Position numbers and translations under genes: made by a program | Notes under the pieces: model-generated | Seen by the model: the letters and a program-made list of their open reading frames with translations, nothing else | Databases searched by the model: none | What the model was told of the DNA's origin: nothing | Shown: one piece after another, positions 36,601 to 45,428 of the stretch | How positions within the stretch are numbered: the stretch's first letter is position 1 | Layout of the letters: each line of letters opens with the position of its first letter | IMG/VR virus record: IMGVR_UViG_3300009506_000002 | Location: 1 to 64,000 of that record | Origin: a virus | Length of the DNA stretch: 64,000 bases | Direction: 5' to 3' (one strand)

Positions 36601-36606
36601 ACATTT

Positions 36607-38103
36607 CTATATTTTGATTCGCTTCAAAGAGAATTCAAACTGCTCTCTGTTGTAGTAGTCAACGCGCACCAAGAAGTGCTCCATCGCATAGTTCTTATGT
36701 CTCTTCCAAGTCAAATCATCAGCAATATCGTACAGGATGAATGAATCCTTTTCTGAATTGATTCTCAAGCCGCGGCCAATCGACTGGAGCGTGCGGATTT
36801 TTGACTTCGATGGTGATGCAAAGATGCCCCAGTGCAGGTTCTTGATTGAAACGCCAGTAGAGAACGTTCCAAACGAAGCTACAATGATCGAGTCCTTTTC
36901 CTTTTCGACCCAATGACGGATTTGTTCGCGCTGGTCAGCAGGTACTGAACCGTCAACGAAGTGAACAGTGCGGTTAGGGTCAATATCTTTGATCCGCTTG
37001 TAGATATCCTTACCATGCTCGATGTTGTTGAACAGGATCAGTCCGTTCTGAGTTTGAGCCAGAGCCAGTTTCGCAATGAAGTCTGTTCGACGCGGGTGTT
37101 TGATCAGCCACTTAACCTCATCTTGATACTTGGCCTTCTTCATGAACTGCTTTTCCTCATCCGTGTAGATGAGAGACAGCGCCTTGATATTCAAACGCGC
37201 TACCTTCTTTCTGTCCATCAATTCCTTGGTTGTGATGGTTCTCTTGACAGGGCCGAGCAATCCCTCGATCACAAGGCGAGAGGTCTTTGAATCGTCAAGC
37301 GTACCAGTGAGTCCGATCTTATAAGGGCATTCAGTCATCTTCTCACAGATTCCGCGCAGCGATTCAGATGTTGCCAAGTGAACCTCGTCAATCATCAGGG
37401 TGCCGAACTTCTCAAAGTAGCCCTTGTGCTTACGGAAAATAGACTGCCATGTTGAAACGTAGATACCGCACTCAGAATCCTTTTCGCGGCCACCCATGAT
37501 CATGTGAACCTCGTCATCTGCTGTCCAGTGGACGTGAGATGAGTAGTCCGCCATGTCACCTGCCATCTGCGCAACCAGTCCGGTTGTTGGCACGACGACA
37601 AGTACCTTTTTGCCTGGGCGAGTGAGACGCAGCCAGCGCGCCAGCGCATAGATCATCAGAGACTTACCCGAAGAAGTAGGAGACAGCAAGATGCATCGCT
37701 TGTATTTGAGCGCGCACCAGATGCCGAAGAGCTGGTAGTCATGTGCCTCAATCTTTTCGCCATTTGAGTGGACGTTGAGAGTTTCAAGGAACTTGACCAC
37801 ATCCTCAGGCTTGACGTTTGTTTGTGGCATAACGTCATCATCGATGTGGATGCTGTATTTGTGTTGCTCCGCGAACTGCTTGACGTATGAAGTCAATCCA
37901 GAGTAGAGCTCGCGATTGCGAATTGAGAACAGGTGGATCTTACCATCCCACATCTTGTTCTTGAACTTTGGCATGAAGCGGTAGCCAGGAACGAAGAATG
38001 TGAAGAACTCGTCCAGTGAGAATGCAATGTGTAGCTCGCACTCAATCCAAACGTAGACGTCGTCAACCCTATGTACGGTGATATCTGCTTTTCTTTCAGC
38101 CAT
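36607..38103 (-). CDS. uvsW: RNA-DNA/DNA-DNA helicase UvsW
   Basis: 'WDGKI.LF', 'SPTSSGKS', 'DEVH', 'GLTGT', 'FSTGVSI', 'LQSIGRGLR'. Confidence 0.96.
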   Translation of the reverse strand: MAERKADITVHRVDDVYVWIECELHIAFSLDEFFTFFVPGYRFMPKFKNKMWDGKIHLFSIRNRELYSGLTSYVKQFAEQHKYSIHIDDDVMPQTNVKPEDVVKFLETLNVHSNGEKIEAHDYQLFGIWCALKYKRCILLSPTSSGKSLMIYALARWLRLTRPGKKVLVVVPTTGLVAQMAGDMADYSSHVHWTADDEVHMIMGGREKDSECGIYVSTWQSIFRKHKGYFEKFGTLMIDEVHLATSESLRGICEKMTECPYKIGLTGTLDDSKTSRLVIEGLLGPVKRTITTKELMDRKKVARLNIKALSLIYTDEEKQFMKKAKYQDEVKWLIKHPRRTDFIAKLALAQTQNGLILFNNIEHGKDIYKRIKDIDPNRTVHFVDGSVPADQREQIRHWVEKEKDSIIVASFGTFSTGVSIKNLHWGIFASPSKSKIRTLQSIGRGLRINSEKDSFILYDIADDLTWKRHKNYAMEHFLVRVDYYNREQFEFSLKRIKI

Positions 38104-38240
38104 ATCAATAATTTATGCGTTTCTTAAGAGTGATTTCTCCAAGAAAAACATACCACTTTTTCATGACAGAATCGCGCCATAATGACGCAATAAATGGTGG
38201 AATTCGGCCTAGAATCTCTTTTCGTCGGAGAATCGCGCCA

Positions 38241-38642
38241 TTAGTAGGCTCCTGCTTGGAACTTGCGCCATTCGATGGCGTCGCGTATGTTGAATGAAAG
38301 ACCTGAGATGATCTTCAGTACAGTTTCGAGGTATTCAGCTTTGCGCTTTTCGTAGTCGAGTTTCATGCGTGACTCTTGGAGCTCTCCGTCTCCGTCAATC
38401 ATAATCTCGATCTCACCACGATTCTTGAAGATGACGTTATGATCATTTCGATAGTGAAGGAATTTCTGGCGATATATGAGGTCGTAGTCGCCCTTGAGTT
38501 TCGCGCATTTCAGTTGTGACTTGTGCAGCAGGTCAAGGTACTTGACATACAGCATAGGGATATTGACCGCAGTACGATCGAGATTTGCTTCATCGATCTT
38601 TACGTCACGCGCTACTTGTTTCTTAAGGTCTTCTAGAGTCAT
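38241..38642 (-). CDS. uvsY: Recombination mediator UvsY
   Basis: 'D.KID...L....IP.L..KY', 'F.I..AIEW.KF.AG'. Confidence 0.92.
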   Translation of the reverse strand: MTLEDLKKQVARDVKIDEANLDRTAVNIPMLYVKYLDLLHKSQLKCAKLKGDYDLIYRQKFLHYRNDHNVIFKNRGEIEIMIDGDGELQESRMKLDYEKRKAEYLETVLKIISGLSFNIRDAIEWRKFQAGAY

Positions 38643-38650
38643 AGAATGGT

Positions 38651-38679
38651 AGTCTACCAGAATCCGAGAAGCCTGTCAA
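38651..38679 (-). promoter_or_regulatory. Promoter TTGACA-N17-TAGACT for uvsY (near-leaderless)
   Basis: The -10 ends 8 nt before the ATG. Confidence 0.75.
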
Positions 38680-38680
38680 G

Positions 38681-39133
38681 TTATTCTACGAACTGGAATT
38701 GAGTGTACGCGAAGGTGATGTTGCAAATGTGTTCTGTTGGCTCTGCGTCCTGTGTGGTAAACTGCGCTTCTGCTAGGATGACGGGGAAGACACCCTCGAA
38801 TCGAATCTTCTTCAGTGGTTGCTTGTTGTTAGACAGAATTGTCAGTGTGGCATCGGACCAGATATCTTGGAAGTCGTTGCCTTTGTATGCTCGGCATTTC
38901 TGCATCCAGTCAAAGAGCTCTTTGTAGTTGTCGAACTGCTCGTCAATCAGGAACTCTACGTTCAATGGGTCGTAGGTCATCTTGTTGCCTGGAGTGGCAA
39001 TGTCATGTGATGGCGTATGCCACGGAACGTTCGTGATTGAGTGAGTAGGCAGAGAGCATCCTGTAACCGTGAAGTTGGTCTTAGGGATTCTGCTTAGGAC
39101 AAATTCAAAGTTGCTTCTGAGTGCGAAGTTCAT
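38681..39133 (-). CDS. 3: Tail completion / sheath stabilizer gp3
   Basis: 'YDPL.V.FLIDE...NY.E...W', 'SDATL.IL'. Confidence 0.88.
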   Translation of the reverse strand: MNFALRSNFEFVLSRIPKTNFTVTGCSLPTHSITNVPWHTPSHDIATPGNKMTYDPLNVEFLIDEQFDNYKELFDWMQKCRAYKGNDFQDIWSDATLTILSNNKQPLKKIRFEGVFPVILAEAQFTTQDAEPTEHICNITFAYTQFQFVE

Positions 39134-39152
39134 ACTTTTATTTATGGCTAGG

Positions 39153-39184
39153 CAAAAAGAAAGGCGCCCAAGAGGGCGCCCTTC
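39153..39184 (-). terminator. Intrinsic terminator after gene 23
   Basis: GGCGCCC-TCTT-GGGCGCC hairpin plus T-run; followed by late promoter CATAAATA. Confidence 0.85.
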
Positions 39185-39206
39185 AGGTTGTTATGAAACT
39201 GGGTTA

Positions 39207-40478
39207 TTAAACGCCAGTTACCAGGAAGTCACGGTAGTAGTCGTTCTGACCAGCAATACCTGATACGAATGGGTTGTATGCGATTGCATAACGGGTCTTC
39301 ATACCGATACGTGGCTGGAAGTCTTCCTCGCCGACGGCCTTCATCATCTGCAGAGGTACGTATGGGCAGTAGAACATACCAGCGTCGTAGACGTTAGCGC
39401 CCTTGTAACCCACAGTCACGAAGTCTGCAGCAGCATACGGATCGACGTACACCTTGAATCGACCACCCAGGATACCCGCGAAGGTTGCTCCTACGAAGTC
39501 ACTGTTCAGAGTGCCGCTGATTGCAGCGGTGTCGAGCTTGGTAGCCTGCTCGAGTGCAGCCATGACGATTGGCGAACATACAATGAAGTTACCAACACCA
39601 CGGCGGGTAGTGGTAGCAATCAAAGATGCTTCACGGACGATCTGCATGTACAGGTTCTTGTACTTTTCAATCTCCCAACGACCATCAGTGTCGTCGTTTG
39701 CGCCACCGGTCATGTCGAATGTACCAGCTACGTTGGTGTTCTGCGCGCCAGTACGAGCCTGAGAACGCATGGTTGCGATGATTTCACGGTTGATTTCACC
39801 CACAACTTCGGTTGACAGGATGTTTGCCAGTTCGGCTTCTGCATCCATACCGTGGATTGCCTTCAGGTCCTGGGCCAGTTCAATGGTGTACTTAGCCTTC
39901 AGAGCACGAGTGCCAGCTTCGACTGACTTCTTATCGATGCTGAATGACATCTCAGCCCATGGGTTGGTCTGAGCGATGTTGGTTACATCGGTGAAGGCAG
40001 TACGCGCGGTAGTGCCATCAGTTGTACCGTCACCTTGGATGTCAACGCCAAGTGCTTCACCTGCCGCAGTTGTCATTGCTGCGCCTGCGCCGTTACCAGA
40101 GTGGTTGACGTCTGGTGCCGAAGTACCGAACGCTTCTGCGCCAGTCTGTGGGTCGCCAGTGTAGCGAGCACGCATTGCAAAGATGAGGCCGGTTGGGCCG
40201 CTCATTGGCTGAACACCGACGATGTCATGCGCAATCAGCGATGGCATGGTACGGCGAACCATTGAGATCAGGATAGGGTCAAAGCCCTGTCCGCCACCAG
40301 AAACCATGTTGCCGGTGTTTACGCCCTCTTCAAGGGCAGCTTTTTCTGTGTTTTCAAGCAGACGGATGGTTGTGTTTCGAACGTCGCGGTTCTTGATCTC
40401 ATCAACGCCTTCAGCAGTGATGACAGGTTCCCACTTCTGCTTTACTTCTTCAGACAATAGTGGCTGATTAGTAGTCAT
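39207..40478 (-). CDS. 23: Major capsid protein gp23
   Basis: 'GVQPMSGPTGLIFAMR', 'ELAQDLKAIHG.DAE.ELANIL', 'FYCPYVPL', 'FQPRIG.KTRY'. Confidence 0.99.
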   Translation of the reverse strand: MTTNQPLLSEEVKQKWEPVITAEGVDEIKNRDVRNTTIRLLENTEKAALEEGVNTGNMVSGGGQGFDPILISMVRRTMPSLIAHDIVGVQPMSGPTGLIFAMRARYTGDPQTGAEAFGTSAPDVNHSGNGAGAAMTTAAGEALGVDIQGDGTTDGTTARTAFTDVTNIAQTNPWAEMSFSIDKKSVEAGTRALKAKYTIELAQDLKAIHGMDAEAELANILSTEVVGEINREIIATMRSQARTGAQNTNVAGTFDMTGGANDDTDGRWEIEKYKNLYMQIVREASLIATTTRRGVGNFIVCSPIVMAALEQATKLDTAAISGTLNSDFVGATFAGILGGRFKVYVDPYAAADFVTVGYKGANVYDAGMFYCPYVPLQMMKAVGEEDFQPRIGMKTRYAIAYNPFVSGIAGQNDYYRDFLVTGV

Positions 40479-40526
40479 ACCTTTTTATTCTCCTAGTTAA
40501 TTTTGAACCAGATAAACTTGTTCAAT

Positions 40527-40535
40527 TATTTATAG
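40527..40535 (-). promoter_or_regulatory. T4-type late promoter TATAAATA
   Basis: Upstream of gene 23; similar (N)ATAAATA motifs precede genes 22, 20, 18, uvsW, 13 and the amidase. Confidence 0.8.
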
Positions 40536-40553
40536 AATTGCAATTCTTGCGAA

Positions 40554-41468
40554 TTACTTTTCAGATTTCAGCAGACGCAGGGTCTGTTCGATGAGTCCGC
40601 TTGGAGAACCTTTGTTCTCCTTACTTCCTGCTTCTTCCTCAAGCTCTTCAGCAGGCTTGCCGCCGCTGGTCTTCTTGAAGTAGCTTTCCTTCAGCGTTGA
40701 TACCTTAGACTTGTAGTCCTCGATATTGTCTGCGTCAACGCTTTCGGCAAGCTCTGTCAGTTTCTCGACCTGAGTGTCAGCAAGACCCTCGGCGAGTTCT
40801 GCAAATGCCGCCTTCTTTTCAGACTCAAAAATGGTGGCAGTTGCTTGGATGTTCTTCTCGATCTCTTCGTCGAGCTTGGTAGAAAGGTCTTCAACCTTGT
40901 TAGCCAGCTCTTCAACGAGGTCCCAACGGTCATCCGGAACCTTAACGTAGTGCTCTTTCAGCAGTGTAGCCAGACCGTCAAGGAACTCTTCGTTCATCTT
41001 GGCCTTGATACCATTTTCTACCGTAGGCTTGTTAGCCTCGAGCCACTCGTTGACAACGTGAGCGAGGTAGCCATCAACTTTCTTCTCGAGCTCTGTACGA
41101 GCATCGGCGATAGCCTCATCCAGCTTTTCAGCGTAGGCTTCCTCGATGCGCTTCACCTCGGCCTTGACGCGAGATTTTACAGCGGTCTCGATGATAGTTG
41201 CGGCTTTTGACTTGAACTCTTCTGAAAGCTCTTCACCTTCAGTCAGTGCAGCGATGTCTTCGTCGAGATTGCTCACAACGATTTCACCTTCATCATGCTC
41301 TTCTTCAAGCTTCTTGACTTCTTCCTCTTCGGCAATACCAATCAGTTCGCCTTCCTCGAACAACTGGGTAGCTTCATCTAGAGAAAGAGTCTTCTTGCAA
41401 GATTCGCATACGTGCTGCTCTTCCTGAAGATTCATTGTAGCTTCACATTCAGGGCACATAAAGCGCAT
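40554..41468 (-). CDS. 22: Prohead core scaffold gp22
   Basis: 'LSEEFK.KA.TI.ETAV', 'YL..VV.EW', 'TLKESYF'; acidic coiled coil. Confidence 0.93.
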   Translation of the reverse strand: MRFMCPECEATMNLQEEQHVCESCKKTLSLDEATQLFEEGELIGIAEEEEVKKLEEEHDEGEIVVSNLDEDIAALTEGEELSEEFKSKAATIIETAVKSRVKAEVKRIEEAYAEKLDEAIADARTELEKKVDGYLAHVVNEWLEANKPTVENGIKAKMNEEFLDGLATLLKEHYVKVPDDRWDLVEELANKVEDLSTKLDEEIEKNIQATATIFESEKKAAFAELAEGLADTQVEKLTELAESVDADNIEDYKSKVSTLKESYFKKTSGGKPAEELEEEAGSKENKGSPSGLIEQTLRLLKSEK

Positions 41469-41536
41469 ATCTTCTCTCCTTTTTAGAATACCTTAGTATT
41501 TTTTATATTTATAAATCTTGATCTTTAGATCGCCAT

Positions 41537-42187
41537 TTACAGCTTGTTTACGAAGTCTTGGAAGGCTGCAAGCTGTGTTTCTTCCAAACGCGCCTTTGGT
41601 GTGCGCTTGATCAGCTTGTAGATCTTCTCAGCTTCTTGCTCAATCAACTTGCCATTGTCCCATACCCATTCATGGCCTTCCATGATGCCATTTACAAAGG
41701 CATCTGGCGCTGACGGGTCGGAAACAACGTCAACACAGACAAGGCGGAAGTCAGACTGAACCTCGTTAACGCCTCGACTGTTTTGTCTTACAGTACCAAG
41801 GCCACGCGATGAAACACCCATCTGGGTGCCGCCCTCGATCAAACCACGAACCAGGTTGCCCATTGGTGTGTTGAGAACGAGTGCCTTACCCACAAAGTTG
41901 TTGCCCTCTGATGTCAGCTCGACGATGCGATGGCTGGCGCGCTCAGGATTGACGACAGGGCTCTGTGGGTGATTGAGTTCTCCAAGAGCGCGATTCGTGC
42001 GCACATACTCGGTCACATAGCGATTGACCTGTGCTTCAAGAATCGATCTTGGGTAAATACGTCCGTTGCGGTTTCTCTGCTCTGCTTGCATGAAGATACC
42101 CTGCAGATACAGGTCCTTGCTACCGTTCTTGCCTTCTTCAATGTAGGCTCTGGTAGTATCTTCGAGATATTCGGTGATCAGTAGCAT
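41537..42187 (-). CDS. 21: Prohead protease gp21
   Basis: 'NRNGRIY', 'GELNHP', 'GVSSRGLG', 'DPSAPDA'. Confidence 0.97.
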   Translation of the reverse strand: MLLITEYLEDTTRAYIEEGKNGSKDLYLQGIFMQAEQRNRNGRIYPRSILEAQVNRYVTEYVRTNRALGELNHPQSPVVNPERASHRIVELTSEGNNFVGKALVLNTPMGNLVRGLIEGGTQMGVSSRGLGTVRQNSRGVNEVQSDFRLVCVDVVSDPSAPDAFVNGIMEGHEWVWDNGKLIEQEAEKIYKLIKRTPKARLEETQLAAFQDFVNKL

Positions 42188-42200
42188 TTCAATTTACTCC

Positions 42201-42452
42201 TTAGGAAGCTACGTAGACCACGTAGAGGCCTTTTCCGTTAGCCCACTTTGCAGCCTGTTTTGCAGCCTTTGCATAGGTATCGGTGATGATAACGTAATCC
42301 TCACCTTCGACAGCTTTTGACCAGTTTTCAATACCCCACTTCTCTTTGGTGAACATCCAACGTCCAGAGCCCTTTGGCTTTTTGCCGTGGGCTCCTTCGA
42401 ACGTTGACGTATCAACACGAGCAGCTTCCTTGAGCATGGTCAGGAATCTCAT
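42201..42452 (-). CDS. Hypothetical protein (possible internal head protein)
   Basis: ORF in head operon with an N-terminal 'LKEA' gp21-cleavage-like motif. Confidence 0.65.
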   Translation of the reverse strand: MRFLTMLKEAARVDTSTFEGAHGKKPKGSGRWMFTKEKWGIENWSKAVEGEDYVIITDTYAKAAKQAAKWANGKGLYVVYVAS

Positions 42453-43138
42453 TAGATTCTCTTAACCTGTCTCTTACCGTATGCTGTCTGACCAATACGA
42501 GACTTGATCTTTGCACGCTTGCGCCATCTCTTGTAGTGAGAGGTCTTACGGAAGCGCTTCTGGCGAAGTTTGATGGTGGCCTTGTTCTTACGGTAGGCCT
42601 TCTGGTGTGCCAGCTTGTCAGCGGCGGCAGTGTGTACTCGCTTGCGTGATGAAGCAGCGACCTCGTCAAGGTCTTCCTCATTCATCTTCTTTTTGCGCTT
42701 GCCCTTGCAGACTTCGCAAAGCTCGAGTTCTTCACCCTCTTGCATCTTTTTCTTCTTGGTCTTGCAAACTTCACAGAGCTCAGACTCGTCTAGGCCCTCT
42801 TCCATTTCCATCTCGCCATCCATCTCATCTTCCGACTCATCGCTGTATGAGATCTCTTCATCGTCAAGTGCCGCAAAGAATGCGTCCAGCTTGTCTTCAT
42901 CGTCTTCGAGAATTTCAATGCTGGTTCCTTCGTCATCGAGCTTGTAGGCGATACCAACTTTGTTCGCGACCTGAATGACCTTGTGCATGTCTTCTTTCGC
43001 AAAGCTGATTTCTACCTCTGAGTCCGCCATGTCAGCAGCCATTTCGTCAATAGCTTGCTCTACCATCTCACAAAGCTCTTTGCTGGCTAGTTCGGTAAAC
43101 TTACCAGCGCTTTCGAGTACTTCTTTAGTCAGTTCCAT
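42452..43138 (-). CDS. Prohead core protein (gp68-like position)
   Basis: Acidic N-terminal part and very basic C-terminus; synteny between genes 20 and 21. Confidence 0.65.
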   Translation of the reverse strand: MELTKEVLESAGKFTELASKELCEMVEQAIDEMAADMADSEVEISFAKEDMHKVIQVANKVGIAYKLDDEGTSIEILEDDEDKLDAFFAALDDEEISYSDESEDEMDGEMEMEEGLDESELCEVCKTKKKKMQEGEELELCEVCKGKRKKKMNEEDLDEVAASSRKRVHTAAADKLAHQKAYRKNKATIKLRQKRFRKTSHYKRWRKRAKIKSRIGQTAYGKRQVKRI

Positions 43139-43274
43139 CTTCGTTTTCTCCTGATGGTTCACCGTTGGTCAAGCGCTCTCTTTCAGCATCGATTGCTTCC
43201 TCACGCTTTTGGTCAAGGAACTCGGTCACGCTTGAGGCGAAGTTAGACGGTGAGTTGAAATCTAAATCCTTCAT
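43125..43274 (-). CDS. Small prohead core protein (gp67-like), 49 aa
   Basis: GGAG SD; MKDLDFNSPSNFASSVTEFLDQKREEAIDAERERLTNGEPSGENEDGTD*; directly after the portal gene. Confidence 0.6.
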   Translation of the reverse strand: MKDLDFNSPSNFASSVTEFLDQKREEAIDAERERLTNGEPSGENEDGTD

Positions 43275-43286
43275 ATTGTGCTCCAA

Positions 43287-44864
43287 TTATTTATTTTCTT
43301 GATCGTTTTGGTTATCAGGCTCTACGATCTTGACTGGGGTAGGCGCTGGCTCACCGCCAGGTTGATCTTGCATATCAAAGTCACCCTCACCCTCACCAGG
43401 TTTGATCTTTCCGTCAGCCTTTTCCTGTTCGATGCGATCATTCACCTCTTTGATCTCATCATCGTTACGCTTCAATACCTGCTTGTGAACGTCCTCGATT
43501 GAGTAGTAACGTCCTACATACTGGTCAATTGTTGCCAGCAACTCGAGACGTCCACGCAAAATTTCATTCTCCTTCAGCTCTGTGAAGTGTGAGTCTGAAT
43601 TGAAACGGAACTGGATTGCTTCATTGATATCGAGCCAATCGTCCTCAGTGATGATATTCTTGAGGAGCAGTTGTGTCTTGAGTGCCTGACGGAACAGGCG
43701 CGAGAACTTCTTGCGCAGCTTGTCAATGAACTTCGAGAACTTGATCTCGTTACGCGAAATTTCCGCAGATACACCCATGTTGAACACTGCTTCGGTGTCG
43801 ATACGCGATGCTGGGATGCGGAGTGCTTTGTACAGCTTCTTGACGAAGTATAGGACATCATCCATGTCGCCCAATGAAGTAGCGCCTGGGAGTGTTGAAA
43901 CCTCAGTACCTCGGTTGCCTTCACGTCTTGGTAGCCAGATATCCTCAAGCATAGACATGATATGACGGTTGTCTTTGACTGTGCCAGTTGTGGCATCATA
44001 GACCATCTTGTTCTTATGCTTGTTGATGATGCTCTTCATGTACTGCTCTGCCTTTGTCTTTGGCAGGTTACCAGTATCGATGTAGAACACACGGCGCTCT
44101 GGCGCGCGCGAGATTCGGTAAATTACTAGCGAGTCTTCGAGTGCGACAAGCTGATTCAGTGGCTTGATCGCAGCGTCAAGGTATGAGATTACCTCTTTGC
44201 CTTCCGAGTCCATGAGTCCTGACGGAACATACAGGACGGCCTCTTTCGGAATCTTGACTGCTTCTTTTTTGACATAGTGCTTTGAGCCGGGATCGTTGTA
44301 AACGAAGTATTCCTCAACGCTCTTGACAATTTCGACTCCGCCTGGGCCCTTTTCCTTTTTGACATCGCGTACTTTCTTGATGAAGCGCGGATCGATGTAA
44401 CGTAGCTCTGCCACGCCATCCTTCTGGGCCTTCTTGTCGATGATAACGTGGTAGAAGATACGTCCGTCTACGTACCACTTGCGGAACAGGTCGTCTCCGA
44501 TCTCATTGAAATTGAGCAAGCGGAGAACTTCTTTGAACTCTTCGGAAATCTTTTTCTTGATGCTGGCTGAAACGTCTGCGTCATCTGAGAACATGATGTC
44601 AACAGGTGTCTCTTCAGCGTCAAACACGATGGCATCGTTGATGATTTCGTCTAGAGCGTCATCAACGTCCGAATTGGCGGCAGCCTTGCGATAAAGCTCG
44701 ATCTGCTCTTTCGTGTTCTTGTATGACGCATCGAAGTCGAAACCAATCGTGTTGGTTATTGCAACTTCTACAGCGCCATCTGTGTCTGTCGGAGGTACGA
44801 ATGAAGGAGAGAGCTTCTCATCCTTCTTCTTGCTTCCGATTTCGATGCTTCCAAAGAATTCCAT
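43287..44864 (-). CDS. 20: Portal vertex protein gp20
   Basis: 'WYVDGR', 'IYRISRAPERRVFYIDTGN', 'WLPRREG..GTEV.TLPG'. Confidence 0.98.
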   Translation of the reverse strand: MEFFGSIEIGSKKKDEKLSPSFVPPTDTDGAVEVAITNTIGFDFDASYKNTKEQIELYRKAAANSDVDDALDEIINDAIVFDAEETPVDIMFSDDADVSASIKKKISEEFKEVLRLLNFNEIGDDLFRKWYVDGRIFYHVIIDKKAQKDGVAELRYIDPRFIKKVRDVKKEKGPGGVEIVKSVEEYFVYNDPGSKHYVKKEAVKIPKEAVLYVPSGLMDSEGKEVISYLDAAIKPLNQLVALEDSLVIYRISRAPERRVFYIDTGNLPKTKAEQYMKSIINKHKNKMVYDATTGTVKDNRHIMSMLEDIWLPRREGNRGTEVSTLPGATSLGDMDDVLYFVKKLYKALRIPASRIDTEAVFNMGVSAEISRNEIKFSKFIDKLRKKFSRLFRQALKTQLLLKNIITEDDWLDINEAIQFRFNSDSHFTELKENEILRGRLELLATIDQYVGRYYSIEDVHKQVLKRNDDEIKEVNDRIEQEKADGKIKPGEGEGDFDMQDQPGGEPAPTPVKIVEPDNQNDQENK

Positions 44865-44879
44865 ATTTGTATTTATAGA

Positions 44880-44912
44880 AGAAAGAAGGGGCTAGTTGAA
44901 AACCAGCCCCTA
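44880..44912 (-). terminator. Intrinsic terminator after gene 19
   Basis: GGGGCT...AGCCCC hairpin plus T-rich tail, then late promoter CTATAAATA. Confidence 0.7.
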
Positions 44913-44922
44913 TGTTTCCAGA

Positions 44923-45417
44923 TTACTGAATTCGAGTCCAGTAGTCGTATGCGATAGTCACAGAGTATTCCATGACCGTGTCGTTTGAATCAAACGCCAA
45001 CTCTACTGAACCGATTTCTTGTGGGAAGCAGCCAACCAGCTTGTATGAAGCAATGACCGATTCGTCATTGCCAAGCTGCTCTACGATCATGTCGTACTTG
45101 TAATCCTCTGCCGCAGCAGGTCCTACGTTCAGAACGTGATCATTGATTGAGTTTGACCAATCCTCGAGTTGCTTGCGGATGGTGAATGTCTCGTCCTGCT
45201 GAATGGTAAGTGTCCACTCGACGAATACACGGTCACCAGCGATCTTGATCTTGCGACCAAGATATGGCACTTCGATGATTCCAAGCTGTGAAGAAGGAAG
45301 CTGGGCGCCTTTTGCAAGGAACTGCAACTTACGATCTAGTACAGCAGGAGCAGATACTCGGAACAGCGTAGGGCGAGCAAATTGTGCGACTTCTGCTTTG
45401 AAATTGTCAACTGACAT
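44923..45417 (-). CDS. 19: Tail tube protein gp19
   Basis: 'ARP.LF.V', 'GR.IKIAGDR.F..W', 'YDYW'. Confidence 0.95.
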   Translation of the reverse strand: MSVDNFKAEVAQFARPTLFRVSAPAVLDRKLQFLAKGAQLPSSQLGIIEVPYLGRKIKIAGDRVFVEWTLTIQQDETFTIRKQLEDWSNSINDHVLNVGPAAAEDYKYDMIVEQLGNDESVIASYKLVGCFPQEIGSVELAFDSNDTVMEYSVTIAYDYWTRIQ

Positions 45418-45428
45418 TTACTTACTCC

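Noticed and set aside
35913-36744. Small ORFs 35913..36170, 36452..36655 and 36523..36744
   Set aside because: No convincing SD or homology, and they overlap promoters or uvsW; the region looks structural and non-coding
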